Of a stretch of DNA of 64,000 bases, positions 13,307 through 26,734 are shown in pieces; positions within the stretch are counted from its first letter, which is position 1; each line of letters opens with the position of its first letter. The position numbers and the translations under genes were made by a program. The DNA is from Mytilus californianus (Eukaryota). The notes below the pieces were generated by a model. That model did not search any database, had not been told where the DNA came from, and saw only the letters and a program-made list of their open reading frames with translations. The DNA lies in the NCBI RefSeq assembly GCF_021869535.1, contig NW_026262690.1, forward strand, positions 15,996,001 through 16,060,000. Reading direction: 5' to 3'.

Positions 13307-14509
13307 TATCTCGGAATACACGGCTTTAATGTGTGTCCACGAAGTTTCATCTATAAATATATATCAGTGACATTCCAACACAAACCATTCGAAGTTTAAA
13401 GTTGGCTAAAATATTAGCACTGTTTGGGACGTCATTAACTTTCATCCGGATGTAACGTCCATGTCACATATCACATCAGGTGACCTATAAATGAATAAAT
13501 AATCAAAATAATAAGCATTGAAGATCATGTAGTGAACACGGGATCTCTGCTGTATGTGTTGATTTGGTGATTTTGTCTCTGTGACATTGTCTCACTTTGT
13601 TCTTTTTTACACTACGTTTTCCTTCTTTCTCACTATGTTGACAAAAGTACATTTGTTATTTGCATTGATTAATTGACTACTAACTTTTAGTATTCAAAGG
13701 CAGCGTTATCTTTATATTTTTTATCGTTAAACGGTTGGTGGCAAACAGACCTTTGTAGTTATTATATATCTGCAGAATCCTTTCTCTAAACAGAAACTCT
13801 TACTTCATGTCGTCCATGTTTGCGCTAGTCGTTTTGGTTGTTGTCAAGATTAAACTTTATAACTGTACTGCTGCTGATTTTAGTTCAGATACTGCAGTTT
13901 TGCACTTGAAATTGGTGCATCTCCGTAATATATACCTGCATCAGCATTCTTCAGCGTGATATTGACATAAAAGGGAAATCCATCAATTTCTTTCCTTTGT
14001 TAGTTTCAACTAATTGTACATTGACCCCATCCATCTTGCATGAATGTTATGTAATAAAGTGACTTGTTTCATTATTTAGCATACTATGCAAGTAGGTTGA
14101 ACAAAAAGATTCAAAAACCCCAAATAGAAATCAATGAACAATATTCATACTGTGGTCAGATCACCTTGAAAACATTTTAAACTGGCCACAAATTAGTCAG
14201 GTATGCAAAGTACAGAAAATTTTGACTTTTTATATTAATTTTTAAGCAAAATTATATCTTAAATCTGATAAACATTTGTTAATACAATGGAAGTTACATG
14301 AAATAAATAGCACATATATAAAAAGATAAAAAGAAAACATAGTATATAAAATAAGGAGAAAAGTAACAACCAGAGACCAAATGACGTAGATGTTAGTAAC
14401 TATAGGTCGCCGTTCATCCTTCAGCATTAAACAAACCCATACCGCATAGCAAGCTATAAAAAGTCCTGCCATTACAAAATGTGTAAAACAATTCATCACA
14501 TTAGAAAAC

Positions 14510-15233
14510 TACGGAAGCCCATTTAGGACCTCCCAAAAATATACATTTGAATTCGAAATAATGAATTTAAGTCGTTATCACGAATTGAAGAATTCGATAT
14601 AACAGATTAAATTCGTGAAAATGAATTTCCAGAATTAGTTATAACAGTTTTTGTAATTCGTAATAACGAATTAAATTCGTTAAAACAATTTTTGTAATTC
14701 GTGATAACGGATTAAAATCATAATAATGATTTTTTTTATAAATAGTTATAACGGATTAAATTCGTTATCGCGAATTCGCAGAAATAGTTATTACGAATTT
14801 AATCCGTTATCACGAAGTATATAACGATTCCTAACCGTAATCACGAATTACAAAAATCTGTGATAACGATTTTAATCAGTAATCACGAATTACAAAAAAA
14901 AACTGTGATAACAAATTACAAATATTCGTAAGAACGAATTTAATCCGTTATCACGAATTATACAATTTGTTATAACGATTCTAAACCGTTATCACGAATT
15001 ACAAAAATCTGTGATTACGTTTTTAATCCCTTATCACGAATTACAAAAAAACTGTGATAACGAATGTAATCCGTTATTACGAATGACAATTACTGTTATA
15101 ACTAATTCCATAAATTCGTGATAACGAATTTAATCTGAGTGTGATAAAGAATTCTACAATTCGTGATAACGATTTTAAATCGTGATATCGAATTCAAATT
15201 ATATTTTTTGGAGGTCCTAAATGGGCTTCCGTA
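14510..15233. mobile_element. MITE with ~40-bp TIRs (TACGGAAGCCCATTTAGGACCTCC) and internal (ttatcacgaatt)-like subrepeats; apparent 6-bp TSD GAAAAC
   Basis: gaaaac|tacggaagcccatttaggacctcc ... ggaggtcctaaatgggcttccgta|gaaaac. Confidence 0.9.
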
Positions 15234-15595
15234 GAAAACCAGCTATTTATGTACACAACAAACGAAAAAAATATGATATACAGCAACACACGACAATCAG
15301 AGAATTACAGGCTCCTGACTCGGGACAGAAATCTACAGAATGTGGCGAGGTTAAACATGTTTAGGGGCGCCCAATCCTTCCAACCTGATCCAAACCAATC
15401 ACAACTAATAAAAACATAATGCATCCAAGACTAAATATCAATAAGTACACATACCGTGACTGGGTTTGGTGTAAAGACGTGATAAACAGTCTATGAAAAC
15501 ATAACCTTTTGCAATGCATAAAATATTATTATGGACAGGACGTAGAACCGTAAGCGTTAATAACTCTATAGCAATACATATTTTGTTATGTTTTA

Positions 15596-15933
15596 ATAGA
15601 CTATTTTCATATTACCGACTTTTGACTCCGGATAATATAATTTGTCGACTGGTTACCTTGGACATCATGGTACTCGGTCAAGTAAGAGCAACCAAAATAA
15701 GTAACCAAACATATAATCGGTGTAACTTGAGGGGAAAGTTTACTGTTTTCCGATGATTTTGTAGTGAAAAAAAAAGTTAAGCAGGTAATTTTCCCCCAAA
15801 ATTGTACCGATTGAATGCTTGGTTTTATTTCTTTAGCTTGCTCTTACCTGACTTGGTACCATGATGTTCAAGGTAACCAGTCGACAAATTATATAATCCG
15901 GAGTCAAAAGTCGGTAGTATGAAAATAGTCTAT
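15596..15933. mobile_element. Foldback MITE with ~130-bp TIRs; apparent TTA TSD (PIF/Harbinger-like)
   Basis: tta|atagactattttcatattaccgacttttgactccggat ... atccggagtcaaaagtcggtagtatgaaaatagtctat|tta. Confidence 0.85.
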
Positions 15934-16789
15934 TTATTGACATGAAAATCAATGTTAGTACCGATGGAAGTGATATGCAAAGATCTGATTACAATGTTAA
16001 ATTGATAACATTTGAGAATAAGTTTATTGAAAGGATCGATAAGCTTACATGGATCGTATCTTCATTTAATACAAAAGTATGCATCTTAACAATTCGGGCA
16101 GGATTGGCCTTCTAATTGTGTTGGGTTACTAATACAAATACAAGGTGGATCCATTTACGCTCCCTCTTGACTCCATATATATTTCTAATTTTTGTGGAGT
16201 TTGAAGCACCATCTGATCTAAAACTTTGGCATAAAAAGAAGAACCCACATAATTTAATGTTTCATTGAAACGTCCCATTTGCAATAATCACGAAAAAAAT
16301 GGTCAGAATTTGCGTGAAACTTTAACTTTGACGCCTGATTCAGTGTTCGAAGAAAGACAACTGTTTTTAAAGAAATATGAACAAAATCATGAAAATAGTT
16401 CCCTACATTTTCAAAAGGTCTGTGACATATTTGGTCTTATTTGACAGAGTACACAAAATCTTCCCCTTTTGTCTTGTAACACAGGTAGATATTACTGGAA
16501 AAGAATTCTTTTTGTCTATTATATTTGGCGGGAAAAAGTTGATGTTTCAGGGGACAATTAATCTGCTATTTATCTCATAGCCAGTAAACAAGTGTACGGT
16601 ATTTCATTGAAAACGCTAGTTTAAACCTTTAAAATATCAATGTCATATCAATGTTTCTGTCCTAAGGCAGGAAGTTTGTCATTAGCTGTGTTCCTTGGTC
16701 CTTTTCTCAATATAGACTAACTGTTGATGGTAAATCTTTTATAGTTTATATTACATTTACATTTTCCCTTCAGGCTTCCTGACGGTAAA

Positions 16790-16878
16790 TGTTGTACCAA
16801 TTATATGTACACGTACTCATTGTTGAAGGCCGTACGGTTTGGAAACTATCTCATTGGCAATCATACCACTTCTTCTTA
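16790..16878 (+). mobile_element. Naiad subfamily 2 terminal fragment
   Basis: gttgaaggccgtacgg...tatctcattggcaatcataccacttcttctt, the family's terminal hairpin and tail. Confidence 0.7.
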
Positions 16879-19077
16879 CAAATAAGTGAATGATAATAAA
16901 TAGATAAGCTTTATTTAGAGTAGGTAGTTAAGTTGACAAAACAAGCTCAAGTTATATAGCTCTATTGAGCTCTTTACCGACAAACAAGGCAGAGCAATAC
17001 AATACAAACAAGCATACAAGCACTATAATTTAGCATGGTAATAGTACGCAGATTTATATGCATGATCACTATGTATCAAAGCAAAAACAAATAAAAAACG
17101 TAAACTAAGCATAATTAAAAAGCTTGTAAAATGCTTAGCACAAACGATTAAAGATAGAATATGATCTAAAATACCAGTAGGTAGAAATTTAACAAAATAT
17201 ATTAATAATCTGCACAAACAGTTTCGATTCCATGACTTTAAATTGTTTTAAACCTGACTGAAATAAACAATATCTGAAATGATCATGCAAGGCAAGTTTT
17301 AAATTTTGTATAGAGCATTTTATAAAACTGCTAGCTGCAAAACGCACAGGAATGGTGCGATTTTCTATGTTTTATTAGGTAGACAACATTCAATATCTTG
17401 TCTTTAAGTTGCATTAACTGCTTAGCAATACTTTAAGCAATTATAAATAACTACACGTAAAATTAACACGTGCCTTCAAATATTCCCTAGAACTCAGACT
17501 AAACACGATAATCATACTAAATAAGTTCATCTAAGTTCTTATTCTGTATCGTTCGTTTCATCAAATGTGTCAAGTGTGTTGATCTCTTACAAATAATCGC
17601 TGTACAATTCGTTGACAAAAACCGTCACAAATCCCTTTCTTTTTAAGATATTCGTGATGGCGGCAGCAACCAAAATAAATGCACGCAAATGTAATGCACC
17701 GATAAAAATCATGTTACAACACATTGATTATTCTTTATTATCTCTTATTGATCATATTTTTTAATTGTAGAGGAGACAACATACAACGTTAAGTTCCTTT
17801 GCATTATATACCATAAAGAAATTTAAATACACATTGATATCAATCTTCAACTTGCTAATATAATTATATATGTTGAATTTATCGCTCTCACAAATGACTA
17901 ACTTGGGAATAGAAATATTGTCATCCAGCTGTAAAATCCTAAGATTGTTGAAATATATATACTCAATCAAGTCGGGTCATAACAGGTATGGATAATACAA
18001 ACGCTTTCATCACGTTAAGGATCTCATGTATTAACTCTTCATGTGGTTCGTTAGTGGCATGTTGCAAGATAAATTTTCTTTCAAAGCTTATCCTGAAAAA
18101 ATTATTTCAGCACATAGCATTAACCATAGATGTATCAATGCATTAACCAACAGCTTATACGATTTTAAAGATAAATACATATTTTTGTGTGTATCAAAAT
18201 TCAAAATTACAGTAAGCACAACTTTGAAGGTGCAGTTCATTTAAAACTGGATTTCAAATGTAAGTCACTGTGATTAAACATCGAATTATGGATTTTATAA
18301 TGAAAATATTACATTTAAATTTATTTCAGTATACTCGATTACAGAGATTATGTCCACTCTATGTATAATCATAAGCTATATGTACAAATTTAATGTGGGA
18401 GATGGTAAGATAAACAGTGAAATACTAATAACATTGCGGATGATAATATAGATTAAGTATTAATTATGAGTTTGAAGTTAAGGGATCTTATGACTTTAAC
18501 CAAAGAATAAAAACTTAGAAAATTTTATAATTCACAAAAATTATTATAAATGAAAGAGTAAGTTACAACGAATCTGAAATTTACCTCTATATATACTGTA
18601 AATGCCAACTTTCTATACGTTTTGACTTTCTTTGCATGGTCATCCTCGAGGGTCATCTCAACATTACTTGACTCATGTACCTTTGTGTTTATAAGTGATT
18701 AATTAGGATTTTATTTTGTGTATGCAAAACGAATAAAGCATGTTTAATAGAAAAATATCACGCACTGCTTTATAATTAGGTGGTCTTTCAACTGTTCGTT
18801 AAAAGCTATTTAAAGGAACAGCAAAAATCGATTCCCCCAACAAAATCAACACCATCGTCTAAACGCGCTCTTGAGTAGTCATTTTAATACACGAAGATTA
18901 AGGTCAACATTGGTAAATATAAACCTATACACTATAACATTACCTTGTATCACAGCGTGTATACACAGTCTCTGGTCAAACATACACGCAAACAAGTGAA
19001 TATAAACATTTAACATTATAGCTTATACGTTAATATTGAAACCAGATCAGTTTAAATATTTCAACCTTAGAATTGTT

Positions 19078-20516
19078 ATGGCAGAAAAAAACTTCAAATG
19101 TGATGTATGTGTAAAGGTTTTTGTCCGAAGCGGTGACTTAAAGAGGCACACGAGAACACACACTGGCGACAGGCCTTACAAATGTGATGTGTGTGATAAG
19201 GATTTCAGTGCATGCAGTTCCTTAAAAAGACACAAGCAGATACATACTGATCAAATGCCTTACAAATGTGAACTGTGTAACAAGGATTTTAGATGCAAGG
19301 GCAACTTGAAACGACACTTGGAAACGCATTCCAGTGAAAAACCTTATAAATGTTACGTGTGTAACAAGTCATTTAAGAGGAACAATGACCTAAAGAAACA
19401 TTCAGCATTACATGATAATGAAAAACGCCATATCTGTGAAGTCTGTGGTAAGAGTTTTCATCAGAATACTTCATTAAAGAGTCACATGAAAACCCATACT
19501 GCTGTCAAACAAAATAGTTGTGATATATGCGGTAAATTGTTCTTACGGAAAGATACCTTACAGCAACACAAAATAATACATTCTGATATCAAACCATACA
19601 ATTGTGACGTATGTGGTAAAGACTTTAGGTGGAATGGAAACTTAATAGAACACAAGAAAACCCACAACAGCGACAAAGCTTATAAATGTGATGTATGTGG
19701 AAAGACGTTCCAACATGCCTACTCTGTGAAGAAACATTATAGAATACACACTGGTCACAAACCATATAAATGTCAAGTGTGTAATAAAGAATTCAGCTGG
19801 ATGTCAAACTTAATAGTTCATAACAGAACACATACCGGCGATAGACCTTTTAAATGTGACGTGTGCGGTAAAATTTTCGTCAGGATGGTACATTAAAGAT
19901 ACATATGAGAACCCATACTGGTGAAAAGCCATATAGATGTGAAATATGTGGGAAAGGGTTTAGTCAAACCTCTTGCTTAAATCTACACAAGAGACATCAT
20001 ACTGGTGCTCAAGCTTTTACATGTAGTGTTTGTGGTAAAGGGTTTACCCAGAAGAACTACTTTCAGGCACACGTACATATGCATTATGGGAAATATCTGT
20101 ACAGATGTAATGTGTGTGGTAAAGGATGGTGTACGGATAGTGACTTACAAAAACATATCAGGGTACACACTGGTGATAAACCTTATAAATGTGATGTATG
20201 CGATAAGAGGTTTAGTTCAAGTAGTTCACATATTACACATATGAAAACACATACTGGTAACAAACCATACAAATGTGATTTGTGTAACAAAGAATATGCT
20301 CACAAAGTTTCCTTACAGATACACATGAGATCACATACTGGGGAAACCCCTTTTGAATGTGATGTATGTGATAAAAGGTTTACTCAAAAAACGCATATGA
20401 AAAGACACATGAGAACACACACTGGTGAAAAACCTTATCAATGTGAAGTTTGTAAGAAAGAGTTTAATGAGGGATACCGCATGAGGAAACACATGAGAAC
20501 ACATCTCGATGTTTGA
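19078..20516 (+). CDS. C2H2 zinc-finger protein (17 tandem fingers, ~479 aa if repaired); 1-bp frameshift at 19874-19877
   Basis: ORFs 19036-19896 and 19905-20516 contain CxxC-x12-HxxxH fingers with TGEKPY-type linkers. Adding one T to the T4 run restores finger 10 ([21 protein letters not shown]). Splice acceptor ttcaaccttag precedes the ATG at 19078; AATAAA at 20848-20853. Confidence 0.93.
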
Positions 20517-21649
20517 ACCTTATTTACTTATGTGATGATATTAGTAACAGATAGAGACACATGAAAGAACTCTCTAGAAATAACATGTCATCAGTTTAGT
20601 GTTACTTTTATGTCGAGGAATAGGTCAATAGTATAAAATACTTACATACATTATGTGGAAAGCGCCATATGACTAGATAGATTCAAGATTGAAAAAAATG
20701 ACTCGATAATTTCTTGCTTAAGACATGTAAGAAAAGCGAAACAATTTCTCAATTAAAATATTGTATTCGTTTAAATGTTGTCTAATTTCATATTTACAAT
20801 TTATTGTTTATTCATTTGCTTGCTATATATGCTACATGCAATTTTTAAATAAAAGGATTAAAAGCTCTTTTGTAAAATGCCTTTAAGATTCAGGCATTCA
20901 TTGAATTGACTGTTTTTTATCATGAATTTTCCATTATGACACGTGTATGACAGAACAAATTGACAGGCATTAAACAAAATGCCTTAAAATATTACATACA
21001 ATAAAATGTTCCCAAAACTCAGCCACTGAAAATAGTGAACCTCTAGAGATCTTTATTATAACACTGGACGTTAAGCAAACAACATTCAATCAATCTATTT
21101 CTGATTTCAAGAGATTTCAATTTAAAAATTTAACATTAAAAAACAACTATACTAAAACATGGCCGAAAAAAAAACCAACAACCTAAATATCCTTTTTTGA
21201 AGTTACCCTCATCCTGAGTTAGAAATGGTAATTCTTTTGTTTCTGTGTGTCTGGTAATTCGAGAAATCTCTAGATAAATTTTGGTTAGAATGATAGCAAA
21301 TAATGGAGTTAGCTCCCCTTAATTGTTAATTTCTAATGCATTTCAACCAAATTATATCTCGAATTACCAGAACAGGAAAAATAAAAGAAAGTGCACCATT
21401 ATACATTTTGAACATAAATTAATGTAAAATTGAGTGGGTTTTTGTTTGTCATGTTTTCACCACTGCCTGATTCCTAAGCAGATTGGCACTTAAATACTCA
21501 TAAGCACTCAACTTGACAATTATTTGTTATTTCTTACATTCAGATGACATCGACTGCTACGCATTTTGCCTTGTTAATTTTGTTCTAATTTTTCTTTAAG
21601 CTATAATTAATTTTTACTTAGAAACACTCAGACACATATATATACATAT

Positions 21650-21845
21650 CAGACCGTTGGTTTTCCTGTTTGAATTGTTTTACACTAGTCTTTTGGGGGC
21701 CCTTTATTACTTGTTGTTCGGTGCGAGCCAAGGCTCCGTGTTGACGGCCGTACTTTGACCTATAATTGTTTACTTTTTATTACACATTGTGACTTGGATG
21801 GATAGTTGTCTCATTGGCACTCATACCACATCTTCTTATTTATAT
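21650..21845 (+). mobile_element. Naiad subfamily 2-like 3' terminal fragment
   Basis: ...gacggccgtactttgacctata...ggatagttgtctcattggcactcataccacatcttctt. Confidence 0.75.
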
Positions 21846-23047
21846 GTATAACAAGATGCAATATACATACTCATCATAAGGTATCAATGGATATGAATGA
21901 ATACATGTTAATTCCTGTGAAATTTAGTTCAAAGTGCTTCCCATCCCAAGGGATGATTAGTTTATAGTAATATGTATTTCTCCCATCCACCACTAAAACC
22001 TTCGGACTTTTATTTGTTTGTGAGTGAATTGGTCAAGTTTATACACCAATAAATTCCTTTAAAAAGGCGTTTAATCCTATAATATCAGAAACATAACTAA
22101 AATACAACATAAAAACAAATGTAAATTACAAATTCGAAGTCTGATTGACATTCGATATTGAACCAATCAAAAGTAACCAAATAATAGAACTTTCTGTTTT
22201 GCCGAAAGCTGGGATCATAGATTAAAACATGTTTCTTTTCTTAAGTTTGTCAAGAGTCGCTTTTGGCAGTTATCACTAAGTGTCAAATTATCTTTAATCT
22301 TTGTTGCCCAATGTTTTAACATAAAGACGGATATAAATCTTGAATAATTAATGTAAAATAAAGGATTATAGTTAAGCGCAAAATACATGTAACTTGTGAA
22401 TGATTTAGATCGAAAAGGAATCAAAATGATAATACAAATCCTGAAATATAAAAAGATATAAAATCAACAATAATAACATTTGAACGAACAATTTTCGGGT
22501 CATATTACCCCGTCGCTCCCAATATGATACTACGGTATCAGTATGCAAGACATTATCAACTTTCATCATTTCAAAATGCACAAAAAAAATTGTAAACTAA
22601 ATCTTATTTACAAGCGCGCTGTTATAAACATTTGTCGACTAATATTTTTACTTTCGAAAATTCATAAAAGTTTATGTACTTAAAACAAGTGTGTCTATAA
22701 AGTGCCAACAAGTATATTTCATGAAGCAATATGTATGAAACGAACAACTTGTCTATATCTCAGATATGCATTATTTGCCACCATGCAAATAACGAAATTC
22801 AATGAACACTGTGTCTTTCTCACATAAATGTGATAATTGAAGCTACATTTATATAGAAAACAGAAAAAAATCATTTAGCATAGTCCTCGCATAAAATCAT
22901 TGTTCTGTCAAATAAATCCGTTTTCATTAATAAATCTATTTCCACCTGAAATGAACATCAAGAATGTCACGGAGATCCTCTGCAATTTTAAGTCAGTTAT
23001 ATAATTGATACATGTAATATTTATAGTTTCAGGAGCATATGTCCGAA

Positions 23048-23395
23048 CTATATCTGTAGCACTAAATATTTATGTATATACACATCTTCACGAAGCCAAT
23101 CTTCCGGTATACTTTTAGTATTATATTTGATTTTCATAACAGTTTGATTTTTGTCTTCATTTTTACTGACTTGGTCTATAACTGAAAAATATAGGCACAT
23201 ATTCCATGTCAATAGTGAATGATCAGGTACTATTTTACGAAGATCGTATCTTAGTTCGCCAAGACTTTGAATGATAGTAGTAGCTCTTGTTACGTTAAAG
23301 GCGTTAAATGAATCCAACATCTCATATGGTAAATTACAGTAGTCAACTACACTGGAATCGCGTGTTGAGACAAAGGTAAAAAGGTTAGGCTTGTT
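23048..23395 (-). pseudogene. LINE apurinic-type endonuclease (APE) domain remnant
   Basis: Extending ORF 23048-23320 upstream gives NLFTFVSTRDSSVVDYCNLPYE...KIVPDHSLLTW, matching the FT...S.VDY and (S/P)DH motifs of L1-type endonucleases. Confidence 0.75.
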
Positions 23396-23656
23396 ATAAA
23401 TTGCCTAAGAGTTCAGGCATTTAACAAAATGCCTATTCGGCCATTTATCAAAATGCCTAATTTAAGAAAATGCCTGTAACATATGATTCAGGGTCTTTAA
23501 AAGATCGGATACTGACGGACAATGACATATGCATCGATTTTATACTTATCGTGTCAATACGTTGTTAACAATCAGAACATAAAACTTTACTTACACCCCA
23601 TTTCTATTGTTGTACTTCATAGTTTCTATTTCTGAAACAAGTGTAAATTGAATAGA

Positions 23657-23770
23657 TCTATTGTTACGAATAACAATGGATTTTGACCACAGGGTGTGAC
23701 GAGCGGGGTTTCTGGAAACCCCTGCTTCTACATCCCGCAAACAAAGTCCATTGTTATTCGTAACAATAGA
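23657..23770. mobile_element. 114-bp mini-MITE with 24-bp TIRs and a central GC hairpin
   Basis: tctattgttacgaataacaatgga ... tccattgttattcgtaacaataga; centre gcggggtttctggaaacccctgc. Confidence 0.8.
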
Positions 23771-24687
23771 AATTGATTATTTTTTAAATAGCATGAACAT
23801 AAGAAATAACTAATAGTGTTCACTACAAATTGTTTCATAATATTAAAAAAAAAACACACATTTTAGGAAATTCCAATAAGCATCTATATGGAATAAAAAA
23901 TAATCCTTTAAATACTCTTAATTTTGCTTGAAGGTAATTTTTTTATCCCAGCCATATGTCTCTATTCTAAAGCATTAATCTTTAAAAAAAAAAGGGGGAT
24001 TCTAACTCCCGTACCATAAATTTTCATGATTTTATAAAAAAGCAGCATTTTTTCCTCTACATTCATCCAAATAAAAAAAATTTCGTCGGTGATTTGTTCA
24101 TAAAATTTGGTAAAAATAATCCACAAACATAATTAAGCCAAATGTCATTTTGAAAAAGAGGGATCTATGTACTAGTTTGAAAGCTAATGGTAAGAATCAG
24201 TCGAAAAGTACATCTTTTAAAAGATCGTTTGTATCAATTTTTATGAACAAATCACCGATGTACTCTTTTCTTAAATAGATAAATATACATTACAAAATGT
24301 CGTTTTTTTTCTAAAATTATGAAAAATTCAATTAAAATTAATTAGTTCCAAAGAATTGTTACATAAATTTAGAGTATACTTATGTAAAGAAGATATTCCA
24401 AATCAAATTCATATACAAAAATCCGCCTGCGTTTATCTTTTATTACAAAAAAGATAGGTATGTCTGTCCAAAGGATAGAAATTCTAAGAAACAGAAATTT
24501 TGAGTAAGTGTCTAAAATTTCGACCCCACTTATCTCTAACAGTAGCACATGAAGATACATTTTTATTACATATTGAATTGACTTGGTAAAAACTAGCGTG
24601 TATGCAAATTGTCGTCAAAATATCACCGTAGGATCAAAACTGTATCGCATACGTCACATTTTGGCTCCCCTAGCATAAAAGGCCATG

Positions 24688-25825
24688 TTTTACACGGGAA
24701 ACTCTACACTAAAATTTACGACAAACAGGATGATTTTTTCTATCCCTATTGTTAATTTTCCTTTTTTGGACGGTGTTTATATACATCACAACTCGTTCGC
24801 TATGCCCGTGTCTGTTGTGACGTTTTGGATTTCAATGAACGTAATCTATGTGTTACTGTATTACTGTTAATTATAAAGCCAGGGATTTCGTTACCACAAA
24901 TTACTTAAAACCTTTACTAAATTCTTCCATAGATATAAAGATTTGGTTTGGATGTACCTGTATAAAACTTATTTTAAACGGGATACCACATCCTAAGTTT
25001 TACGGACAAGTTGTTTACCGAGCCCGGAAATTTAGATACGATGCGGGTAAACTTATCGATCCTTTAAAATTATTCTAAAAGGTTACCAATTCAACACTAT
25101 AACTATATCTTTGAATATTGTTTTTATTGGTATTAATACAAACTAATATTATTTTTATATACATATGCACATTCATGGCTCTACAATTTGTCGATACCTG
25201 TATCTTGGCATTGCACAAGGTCGTGTTTTTCTCTGACTGTTAATGACGTCTTTACACTAAATCCATTGGATGTTGGATGTGTACAGGTTGATATGTTAGT
25301 CTTAGATGCATGTTTTTTTTATTAGTTGCTATTGGCTTTGAACTAGCTGTCAGTAATTGCGAGTACTCTCAGATCTGTACTTATTATCTTTTTGTTGTTT
25401 GGATGTATAAGTACTCTGCCACGTCCACTCTGTGTATTTGTTAGATGTATTTCTGCTTTGTATCTATTTGATGACTTAAGCCCTTTTCAACTGATTTCTA
25501 TAGTTTGTTCTTATGTTGTACTGTTACACTACTGCCCCAGGTTAAGGGGGAAGGGGGATTGGCGCCTTCAAACTAGTTTAACCCCGCCATATTCTGTATG
25601 TGCCTGTCCTAAGTCAGGAGCCTGTAATTCAGTGGTTGTCTTTTTATGATGTATACCATATTTGTTTTTCGTTCATTATTTTGTACATAAATCAGGCTGT
25701 TAGTTTTCTCGTTTGAATTATTTTACATTAGTCATTTTGGGGCCTTTTATAGCTGACTATGCGGTATGGGTTTTACTCATTATTGAAGGCCGTACAGTGA
25801 CCTATAGTTGTTAAATTCTGTGTTA
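24688..25825 (+). mobile_element. Naiad PLE subfamily 2, RT C-terminus plus 3' UTR with SECIS-like hairpin
   Basis: Frameshifted GKLYTKIYDKQDDFSIPIVNFPFLDG...ARVCCDVLDFNERNL...GFRYHKLLKTFTKFFHRYKD...HPKFYG; homologous to the C-terminus of ORF 60532-61839. Confidence 0.88.
25235..25301 (+). promoter_or_regulatory. Candidate type II SECIS element (Naiad subfamily 2)
   Basis: GACTG-tta-ATGAC-GTCTTTACAC-T-AAA-TCCA(TTGGATGT)TGGA-T-GTGTACAGGT-TGAT-atgt-TAGTC. Helix I, AUGA/UGA core, ~10-bp helix II with wobbles and one mismatch, AAA and an apical mini-stem; folded by eye. Confidence 0.6.
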
Positions 25826-26734
25826 TTTTTTTTTAAATTTGTAATTACCGCCTTTACCAAAATGTGGAATTATATGGTTATGAAATCTATATTTATTTTG
25901 ATATTGTTTCAATATTCTCATGTCAGGTGGCAAATGTTTTATTTCTATCTTTTATATATTGTGTGGCTTTTTGTAATTTTTATTTTATGAGCTTGGTTGC
26001 TAAAATTTATGGAAGTCTATAGAATATGTTAATTTTTCCAGCAACATAGACAAAGCATTGTGTGACCAAAATTCACACAAATCACCCGTTCAGAACAATT
26101 TATAGGGAATACAATTAACTACATAACTGTAATGCTAACCACACAAGTCAATAAAACATCGGGCATTTTAAATTATGACATTGATTAAAGACAGTTTGTT
26201 GTCTTCTTGGTGTCTTAGGGGGTGTCACACCTCCTTTTGTTTATATTAGTATAGGAACGTGTTGTTGGTGTTGTCTGTTGTACTGTCAAATATTTGTTTT
26301 AAATTCCTATTACAAGTATCTTTTTGTATATATTAGTAAATTTTTCTCATTTATCATTTGTTCTCTGTGAAATGGACAACACTTTCCTCTGATTGATTGA
26401 TTGTTGGTTGCTTAACGTCCTCACTTTCCTCGGTGCTCGGGGTATTGTTGGGTTATGATGTATGGGTGTATTTTTTTTAAATGTTCACATACGACTAAAG
26501 TACCATCTGACCATAGATGCTTCAATATGATCACGTTCTAAAGTCACAAAATTAAATTAGAAGTCATGTTAAATTAAAGTAATAACTCGAAGTTTGAGTT
26601 GTTCGAGCAATTATAACTAGATTAGATTAAATACATTTTATTGTAACATTATACATTTCTTAAGAATTAGACACACGTTATTACAACTAACAAAGTCTTC
26701 TCCATACACTATTGATATGTATTTAATATAAAAA

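Larger units (their letters stand above)
14360..16120 (-). mobile_element. Naiad PLE subfamily 2, degenerate RT C-terminus plus 3' UTR, interrupted by two MITEs
   Basis: Homologous to 26735-28135 (actataggtc...cccataccgcatag, ggctcctgac, gtaaagacgt); RT C-terminal remnant at ~15950-16120. Confidence 0.75.

Noticed and set aside
25392-25649. Duplicated 'protein' ORFs 25392-25649 and 27031-27219 (also 42789-43162, 3355-3582)
   Set aside because: Chance ORFs in Naiad 3' UTRs, replicated with the element.
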